Positions 16,078-24,300 of a stretch of DNA of 40,416 nt are shown in pieces (within the stretch, counting starts at the first letter, position 1; every line of letters starts with the position of its first letter). The position numbers and the translations under genes were made by a program. This DNA is from a virus (taxonomy: Duplodnaviria > Caudoviricetes): the IMG/VR virus record IMGVR_UViG_3300032335_000151, positions 1 to 40,416 of that record. One strand, 5' to 3'. The notes beneath the pieces were generated by a model. It did not search any database and was not told the origin of the DNA. It was given only the letters and a program-made list of their open reading frames with translations.

Positions 16078-16079
16078 CA

Positions 16080-16095
16080 TGTGATTTAGGTCACA
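16080..16095. promoter_or_regulatory. CRP/GlxR consensus site
   Basis: TGTGA-TTTAGG-TCACA, intergenic, about 64 nt upstream of the predicted P3 start. Confidence 0.55.
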
Positions 16096-16230
16096 CTCTC
16101 ACAAGGGTATAAGTCGGGCATAACGGACACAATAGACAATAACATTTAACTCGGGCATTTCATTATTTATTATACTTATTAGGGCGAAACGGACATTAGG
16201 GGCATAACGGGTAGATAGTCTACTACCGAG

Positions 16231-16300
16231 TAAATAAATAAATAGACAAGTGGACAAGTAGATAAATAAACAAGTAGATAAGTCGATTTATCGACAATTT
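16231..16300. repeat. Degenerate 4/8-bp tandem repeat (TAAA/TAGA/CAAG units)
   Basis: TAAA TAAA TAAA TAGACAAG TGGACAAG TAGATAAA TAAACAAG TAGATAAG TCGATTTA TCGACAAT. Confidence 0.6.
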
Positions 16301-16611
16301 ATTGACCCTACTATTGTATAAAATGAGTGTGGGGGGCATACATAGTATCCCAAAATAATTTTCTGTTATATTAGCCCCCCTATATATATACATCAGATAC
16401 CCCTATAAATGTATACAAAACGGACATTTCGACAAGAAATGTTCGCTTTTGCTATTTGAACAGGTTATCTTATATGTATAGAAATACATATACGGAGTCG
16501 CTCCGTTTAAGACTCCGCGACTCCTATATATAATATATATATAATATATATGGGAGAGTACTACCGTTTTCACGGTACCGTTATATGACTGTTTCTAAGG
16601 GGATTTAACTG

Positions 16612-18480
16612 ATGGGTAGAAAACCAGGAAAGGTTGATATCCCTAAGCGCGAGGCGCAAGAGCGGGTCCTAGCGGCCCTGGCTCAGGGGTCAACTATTAC
16701 CGCCGCAATGGGCACCGTGAACCGCAATGAGGTCACTTACCGCCAGTGGACGATGAACGATACCGACTTTAAGGAACGCGCCGAGAAGGCCCGTCTCGAA
16801 GGTAAGGGTGTCAAGGCTGACCTGAAGGATATTAAGGACATCTCGTTTCCAGACTTCTGCGAACAGTTCCTAGATGCCAGGTTATTTGACCACCAGTTGA
16901 ACTGGTTAGACTTAATGGAAGGCAAAGAGCCTCGCTGGATGCCAAGTGGCATGACCTACGAAAAGGCTGAGCCTGATAGAGTTTTGATTAACGTACCACC
17001 CGAGCACGCAAAGTCGACAACCATCACGACCAACTACGTTTTGTACACAATCGTGACTAACCCGAATGCTCGAGTGATTGTGGTCTCTAAGACCCAGGGT
17101 ATGGCCCGCAAGTTCCTTGGGGCTATTAAGACACGACTTTCACACCCTGCCTATACCAAGTTGCAGGTAGCCTTCGGTCCTAATGGTGGATACAAGGCTG
17201 ACGCAACTCAATGGTCTGCAGATATGATTTACCTAGGAACGGGACGCGACTCAGGCGAGAAGGACCCAACCGTCCAGGCTCTCGGCTTCGGCTCACAGAT
17301 TTACGGAGCACGTGCTGACCTGATTATCCTAGACGATGTGGTAATGAACGCCAACGCTCATGAGTGGGAAAAGCAAATTGAGTGGCTACAAAAAGAAGTA
17401 ATTACCCGCTTGGGGCGGCATGGAAAACTCGTTATCGTTGGAACCCGTGTCGCGCCCATTGATTTATACAAGATGATTCGTGACCCTCAGCAGTGGTCTG
17501 GTGGAGTATCTCCCTTTACCTACTGCGCTATGCCAGCCGTTTTAGAGTTTGATGAGAAATCTGAGAACTGGAAAACGCTATGGCCAAGGACGGACCAGCA
17601 AGAAAACGCAAAGGACGACGTAGGACCTGATGGACTTTATCCGAAATGGGATGGACCCTCTCTCTTTAAGAGACGCTCTCAAGTTTCGCCTTCTGTCTGG
17701 GCTATGGTCTACCAACAAGAAGACGTCACAGAAGACTCTATATTCTCGCCAACAATTATTGCAGGATGCATCAACGGTATGCGAAAGCGCGGACCGCTTA
17801 AACCAGGTGCTCCAGGGCACCCGCAAAGTTTAAATTCATCATATACGGTAATTGGCTTTGACCCTGCCGTATCGGGACGGTCCGCCTTCGTGGCGGTTAC
17901 CTTTAACCGTGTAGACAGCAAGATATATATTCTTGACTGCGTAAACATGGTAGACCCTTCCCCTCAAAAGGAACGGGCCCTTATTGAAGAATGGGTAGAG
18001 CGCTACAAGCCTCAAGAGTTCCGCGTGGAAATCAACGCCCACCAGAAGTACTACGCTATGGATACTGAACTACGTCAATACTTAGCAGTCCATGGATGTC
18101 AACTTAACTCTCACTTTACAGGCAAGAACAAATGGGACACATCATTCGGTGTAGCCTCTATGGCTAGCCTCTTTGGAAGTCTCCGTGATGGTAGATTCCA
18201 AGACAATAACTTAATAGAACTCCCAAGCAATGAAGGCTCTGAAGGACTTAAGTCTTTAACACAGCAACTCATTACATGGAAACCTGATACTAAAGGACCA
18301 ACAGACTGTGTTATGGCACTCTGGTTTGCTATTATTCGTATACGCGAGTTAATGCAATCAGGTAGCCGAGTTGGTCAGTTCCAGACAAATCGCTGGGCTA
18401 CACGTCACCAAAAGGAACAGCGTGCATCATTTAATCTAGATGAAGCCTTCGCTGACCAATGGTCTGAACAGTACGGATAG
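16612..18480 (+). CDS. terL: Terminase large subunit with N-terminal HTH-like extension
   Basis: Walker A PPEHAKST, Walker B LIILDD, VGTR coupling motif, nuclease GFDPA and DCVMA. Confidence 0.93.
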   Translation: MGRKPGKVDIPKREAQERVLAALAQGSTITAAMGTVNRNEVTYRQWTMNDTDFKERAEKARLEGKGVKADLKDIKDISFPDFCEQFLDARLFDHQLNWLDLMEGKEPRWMPSGMTYEKAEPDRVLINVPPEHAKSTTITTNYVLYTIVTNPNARVIVVSKTQGMARKFLGAIKTRLSHPAYTKLQVAFGPNGGYKADATQWSADMIYLGTGRDSGEKDPTVQALGFGSQIYGARADLIILDDVVMNANAHEWEKQIEWLQKEVITRLGRHGKLVIVGTRVAPIDLYKMIRDPQQWSGGVSPFTYCAMPAVLEFDEKSENWKTLWPRTDQQENAKDDVGPDGLYPKWDGPSLFKRRSQVSPSVWAMVYQQEDVTEDSIFSPTIIAGCINGMRKRGPLKPGAPGHPQSLNSSYTVIGFDPAVSGRSAFVAVTFNRVDSKIYILDCVNMVDPSPQKERALIEEWVERYKPQEFRVEINAHQKYYAMDTELRQYLAVHGCQLNSHFTGKNKWDTSFGVASMASLFGSLRDGRFQDNNLIELPSNEGSEGLKSLTQQLITWKPDTKGPTDCVMALWFAIIRIRELMQSGSRVGQFQTNRWATRHQKEQRASFNLDEAFADQWSEQYG

Positions 18481-18487
18481 GATTACA

Positions 18488-20260
18488 ATGGCATTATCAA
18501 TGCAGCAGGTAGCAGCACGCGTAACCGCTTTGCGCTACCGTAATGCTGAACGCGACACTCGAAATCTTGATGTCCTCGCAGTTCGCAAGGGTAAGATTTC
18601 TGAAGTCTATCCTGACTTCTTCCCAGATGGTGTAGATGCAAACGTTGTAGCCAACTTTATTGACATCGTTGCTCGCGACCTTTCAGAAGTTATGGCTCCG
18701 CTTCCTGCAGTTAACTGCTCAGCAGCCAATCAGACATCTGACCGTGCTCGTTCCTTTGCTGACAAGCGTACTCGTATCGCATCAAATTATTTCCAACACT
18801 CAGACCTAGCAGTACAGATGTACTCAGGTGCTGATTGGTACCTAACCTACGGCTTCCTCCCATTCGTTATCGAATTGGATGATGAGGCAAAGTTGCCACG
18901 TATCCGCATAGAAAACCCAGTGGGTGCTTACCCAGAGTTTGACCGCTATGGACGTTGCGTTGCTTTTGCTAAACGATACTCAATGACTCTTGGAGAACTG
19001 TGCTATCAGTTCCCAGAGTATGAACGTCAACTTCTTGGTGATATGGGATACAAGCAAGACCTAAATCACCAATTAGAAATCATTCGTTACTACGACAAAG
19101 ACCAATCAGTAATCTATATCCCAGTAAAAAATAATTTAGTTCTTTCACAAGCAAAGAACCCAATGGGAAAGATGATGGTTGTTGTAGCACGTAAGCCATC
19201 TATCGATGGAGAACTTCGTGGACAATTCGATGATATTCTTGGCATTCAATTGCTTCGCAATCGTTTTGCCCTTCTTGCTATGGAGGCTGCAGAGAAATCT
19301 GTACAGGCTCCTATTGTACTTCCAAACGACGTACAAGAAATGCAACTTGGTGGAGATGCTATTATTCGCACAGCAAACCCACAAGGTGTTCGTCGCGTAG
19401 AACTAAATCTTCCACAAGGCGCTTTTACAGAACAAACTCTTCTTAACCAAGAACTTCGCGTTGGTGCTCGTTATCCTGAAGGACGTACAGGTAACATCAA
19501 TGCATCAGTCGTTACTGGTCAAGGCGTTCAAGCACTTATGGGTGCATTTGATACACAGGTTAAGTCAGCGCAGGCTATCTTTGCTGCAGCGCTTCGTGAT
19601 GTAATTACGCTTTGCTTTAATGTAGATGAAGCAATCTTCCCTGCAGAAAAGACTATTCGCGGTGTTGACTCAGGTTCACCTTACGAAGTTGTATACAAGC
19701 CAAGCAAAGACATTAAGGGTGACTATTCAGCAGATGTCCGTTATGGAATGCTTGCTGGTCTCAATCCTGCACAAGGACTTATCTTCATGCTTCAAGCACT
19801 TGGTGGTGGACTTATCTCCAAGGACATGGCAATGCGTGAACTTCCATTCACTGTAAACGTAACACAAGAATTAGAAAAGATTGAAATCGAGAGTATGCGT
19901 TCTTCGCTTCTCGGTTCGATAACTGCACTCTCTCAAGCGATACCACAAATGGCTATGCAAGGCCAGGACGCTTCTGAAGTAGTGCGCCAGATTGCTGCGG
20001 TAATAAAGGCTCGCCAAAAGGGACAGGCACTTGAAGATGTTATTGAAACAATCTTCACGCCTCAGCAGCAACAAGTTCCTCCTGCTGGGGCTGCCAATCA
20101 AGCGGTTGAGCAACCGTCCCCTGCTCCCGCTGGCGCTCCAGTAGGAGGCACACCTTTAGAAATGCCACCAGCAGCACCACCTGATGTAATGAGTTTATTA
20201 TCTGGTATTACTGGCGGAGGAAATCCAACAGCAAGCGTACGAACAATACGACGTAGATAA
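18488..20260 (+). CDS. Portal protein
   Basis: Position after terminase, ~590 aa helical protein, NFIDIVARD, Pro/Gln-rich tail; ATG 18488 has an AGGA RBS. Confidence 0.8.
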   Translation: MALSMQQVAARVTALRYRNAERDTRNLDVLAVRKGKISEVYPDFFPDGVDANVVANFIDIVARDLSEVMAPLPAVNCSAANQTSDRARSFADKRTRIASNYFQHSDLAVQMYSGADWYLTYGFLPFVIELDDEAKLPRIRIENPVGAYPEFDRYGRCVAFAKRYSMTLGELCYQFPEYERQLLGDMGYKQDLNHQLEIIRYYDKDQSVIYIPVKNNLVLSQAKNPMGKMMVVVARKPSIDGELRGQFDDILGIQLLRNRFALLAMEAAEKSVQAPIVLPNDVQEMQLGGDAIIRTANPQGVRRVELNLPQGAFTEQTLLNQELRVGARYPEGRTGNINASVVTGQGVQALMGAFDTQVKSAQAIFAAALRDVITLCFNVDEAIFPAEKTIRGVDSGSPYEVVYKPSKDIKGDYSADVRYGMLAGLNPAQGLIFMLQALGGGLISKDMAMRELPFTVNVTQELEKIEIESMRSSLLGSITALSQAIPQMAMQGQDASEVVRQIAAVIKARQKGQALEDVIETIFTPQQQQVPPAGAANQAVEQPSPAPAGAPVGGTPLEMPPAAPPDVMSLLSGITGGGNPTASVRTIRRR

Positions 20261-20275
20261 AGAGAGTAGGGGACA

Positions 20276-20818
20276 ATGACAACAATTATTGGTTTAGAAT
20301 ATAAAGACAGCGCAGTAATTGTTGCAGATAGTCAAACTACTGATGAGAGTGGTAGAATCTATAGCCACCCAGATGTTAAAAAAATTGCTGAGCGAGGAAA
20401 CTTTTTAGTTGCAGGCTCAGGTGAAGTACTGCCTTGTGATGTGGCACAACACATATGGGAACCACCAGTTCCAACTAGAGCAGATTACAAAGACTTATAT
20501 CATTTTATGATTTCAAAAGCAATGCCATCTCTTCGCAAATGTTTGTCAGAGAATGGTTACAACTTCGATGAAGATAATAAAGAAACACGTTTTCAGTTTA
20601 TCATTGCAGTTGGTGGAGAAATATTCGACGTAGACCAAGAGTGTTCAGTAAGTAAATCTGATACTAATGTCTATGCAGCAGGCTCAGGTGCCCCTTACGC
20701 ATTAGGCGCACTGCACGCAGGCGCAGATGCTTATGAAGCAATGGAAATTGCAAGCAAATTAACTGCATTTACAGCAGGACCCTATCTATCTAAAACACAA
20801 TTAAAGCATATTAAGTAG
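20276..20818 (+). CDS. Proteasome-beta/HslV-like Ntn threonine peptidase
   Basis: M-TTIIG (Thr1), ADSQ (Asp17), KKI (Lys33-like), AGSG..YALGAL, TAGP. Confidence 0.85.
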   Translation: MTTIIGLEYKDSAVIVADSQTTDESGRIYSHPDVKKIAERGNFLVAGSGEVLPCDVAQHIWEPPVPTRADYKDLYHFMISKAMPSLRKCLSENGYNFDEDNKETRFQFIIAVGGEIFDVDQECSVSKSDTNVYAAGSGAPYALGALHAGADAYEAMEIASKLTAFTAGPYLSKTQLKHIK

Positions 20819-20826
20819 GAGACATA

Positions 20827-21306
20827 ATGACAACTGCACCACAAGACCCACGTGGAGGAGCCAATGGTGGCCCACAGTACAGTCCAGCAAATGTTTCCGC
20901 TACAGGTGGAGCAGGACAAAGCGGTAGAGATTATTCAGGCTTTGCTTATGGACAGAACAAGACTATTAATGACCAACGCAAGGCTGCACCACTAGCAAGC
21001 AAAGGTCCATCAGAGGCTACACAGGCTGGAACTGCAGCACCAGTGCTTCCACCAGTAACTGAAATTACAGCGCCTACAGAACAACCAGATGTATCAGTTA
21101 TGGATGGCGCACCAATTGGTCCAGGTCGCGGAATGGAAGCATTAGCACTTCCATCTGCACAAGATTCTAGTGCAGATATGGCTCGCCTTAAGGCTTATCT
21201 TCCAGCGCTTGAAGCCGCAGCAGCACTTCCAAACTCATCTGAAGCATATAGAAATTACGTTAGATTAGTTAGAGCCAACCTCGCAGGAGGGGCAACCACT
21301 CAGTGA
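20827..21306 (+). CDS. Low-complexity putative virion protein
   Basis: AGGAG RBS; Gly/Pro/Ala-rich. Confidence 0.7.
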   Translation: MTTAPQDPRGGANGGPQYSPANVSATGGAGQSGRDYSGFAYGQNKTINDQRKAAPLASKGPSEATQAGTAAPVLPPVTEITAPTEQPDVSVMDGAPIGPGRGMEALALPSAQDSSADMARLKAYLPALEAAAALPNSSEAYRNYVRLVRANLAGGATTQ

Positions 21307-24300
21307 CAACTGACCGCGAGTTAGCGACAACACTTGGTGCAGAAAAGCAGAAAAATTCTGCGTTTGATGCAATGGGTGAATTCAATAGATATTATAATAA
21401 GGCTGGTAACGCATCTTTAGTGCTGCCATTAGACTTTGGTAAAGCAGTTCCAGTTGAAGCACGTGGACAAATGATTGGTGCTTTTAGTCCAAGAGGGCGT
21501 ACCTATGTGAGCCCATTGTATTACAGCCCAGTTACTAATCAAGAACAACCAGTTGACCCAAATAAACCAGGATTCTGGCAGAGTGTTGGAAGTGCTTTAG
21601 AAAAATCTTACAATTTTGCTAGTCAGGCTGTTTCTTTTGGTTTACAAGCAAATGATAAAAATAGTCCTTTGTGGAGTAGTGGAATTTTTAACCCTACAAA
21701 ACTTCGTGATACGTGGGATGCGGCACGAAACATCTCCCCTGGCCAAGCAGGATTTACTGAATTGGCACAGGGCGCTGGTCAATTACTACAACCAGTTGAC
21801 ATGATAAATTCTTTGGCTAAAAAAGTTACAGGCCAAGAAGAAACAGCAGTTGATAGACTTGCAACTTCAAACTTTCTTGCAGCCACAACTGATTTTAATA
21901 TTTATGACCAAGCACAACGACAAAAAGCATTTAGTGAGCAGAATTTTGGTAAAATTGGTTCATGGATGGGTGACGTTGTTGCAAGATTTTACATCGACCC
22001 AACCATTATTGGTGGAAAAGCAATCAAAGTTTACAAGGCTGGAGCATTTACGCTCAAGGCTGGTGACGATTTAACTAAGATTCTACGCAAACAAGATGCT
22101 GCTATAGCATTTGGTGAAGATGTTGGCACAACACTTACGCGCCGTGAGCAACGAATTGCAAATACCTTTAATGACTTCATTACCGCAACCGATGACATGA
22201 CAGAAGCGCAACTATTCCGCATCAAGTCCATTCGCGAGTCAGCAGCACCTGGTGCTTTATCAAGTTTAATTGCAGATGCTAATAAAATTGAAGATGTTGC
22301 AACACGCCATGCTGCAAAGATTGACTTAATTCACATGGCAATGGGCGATGCTGATGCATATGCACGTCTAGCACAGAGCAATCGACTTCTTGCTGCCAAG
22401 GTTGGCGCGCTTAATATGGAAGTTGATGGAGCAAAGTACCTTGGTTCAGGTGTCGATGACATGGGACAACCAGTATTTGACTATCTTAACAAGGGTCCCG
22501 TACTTGAAAAGGCAGAAGAACTCATTGTAGAGTATCAGTCCAAGATGGACGAGATATATCGCAAGATGTCTGCTGAAGGCACACTTAACCCTACATTAGT
22601 TCCACGCATTGACGGACTTAGCAATATGCGTAACTATATGGCTAATAGTCAGAACTTTATCGATATGCGTACAGGTTTACCTGGCGCTGTTGTGCGATTC
22701 CATACTGGATTCTTCTATAAGCGTCCAAAGACGTGGATTGACTTTGGCGATAACCAGAGTATTCAAACAGTTGATAACCTATTGAACCGTGTTGTTGGTG
22801 TATCTGAAAGGCGTGCAGCAGTATTTGCTGAAAGAATTGATGAAGTCACTGCCAAAATTAAAAGTGGCCTGCTAAACAAAGAAGATTTAAAGGTTGCCAA
22901 GAATGAACTAAAGAAAGTTCAGGCAGATTTTGATAAGGCTCACTTTACTGTAGCCCGAAAGAACGAACTCTTCTCTAAGTATGCTCAAGCATTGGGACCT
23001 GATGAGCGCTCACTAGTATATCAGCAAATTGAACGAGAACTATTTGACACAATTGCTTTGCAATTTGGATACTCTAAAGAGCAGATTGCTACAGCATACA
23101 ACGTATTTGCTAGTGGTCGCACTAGAACTATTAACCTTATCAAGGAACGTTCTTATACTGGAGCAAAAGACCCAGTTACTGGTAAGAAACTTGGCGCAAA
23201 ACTAGTTGCTATCCCAGACTCAGAAGGTCTAACACACGTCCTTCCATTGCCGCTGAACGAATCACAACTGATGCGTGAAATGGCCACCCTTGATATTGAT
23301 ACAATGTACAAGGTTCTTGGTCGCTATAACCGCGCTGAGTCTCTTGATAAACTAGGTGCAGTACAGAACATTTATAAAGGCGCAATCCGTGGCAAGAATG
23401 CTATTGGAGATGTAGTAGATGGCATTGACCAGATGCTCAAGTTCCAGGTTCTTGCTCGCCTTGGTTACCCTGTGCGTAACATTACAGAAGGTAGCATGCG
23501 TATCATGACTGCTGTGGGGCCACTGGCTCTCGCTCATGCTGCTACTGCTGGAACAAAGAATATAATTTTTAATGGTCTTGCTAAGTTTGGAATGCGTGAC
23601 GTATTCAACTTTGCTGAACGCCATGACTTGGAAACACAGCGCGTGATACTTGAGGCAATCAAGGATACATCTGATAATCCAATGGATATTCAAAGCCAGA
23701 TTGATGAAATTACTGAGTTGCTTACAACGGGCAAAGGTGATAAGCAGAAGTATGGTGTAGGAACTATTAATATCCTAGGCCATACATTCGAAGATGCTAA
23801 GGGTATGACACCAGAACAAGTAAGATTCATTGAAGATAAATTTGTTAACAACGCATCAAAGATTTTTGAAGACATCATTAGCAAGAGCAAAGTCAAAATG
23901 GATAATGCTATGCAAAATACGGGTGACTTTGTTGATATTGCTGGTAATGACCCGCAATGGGCAGAAGCGTATCTTCGTGTAGTTAACCGTCAAATGCGTA
24001 ATCCTAACTCCTTAACTGGTAGAATTATGCGTGGCCAGTCATTTGATGATGTAGTAACATGGCTTAAGACAGATGCACAAGGCCAACGCACAATGCGAGT
24101 TATCGGTGCTGCACGTGGTGGAGAATCAGCAGAAGAGATTGCACGTATTAATTTCGAGAACGTACGTCATATGTTCCCTGATTGGGTTAGCCCAGAGTTA
24201 GTACAGACTGCAGCAAAACGCAATCTTACAGCAGATGACATTACTAAGTTCTTTGGAACAACCAATACTGCAGAATTTCCTGTAGTTAATGGTGCTCAGA

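Noticed and set aside
16302-16324. Rightward sigma70 promoter TTGACC...TAAAAT for terminase
   Set aside because: The spacer is only 11 nt; the late promoter remains unidentified.
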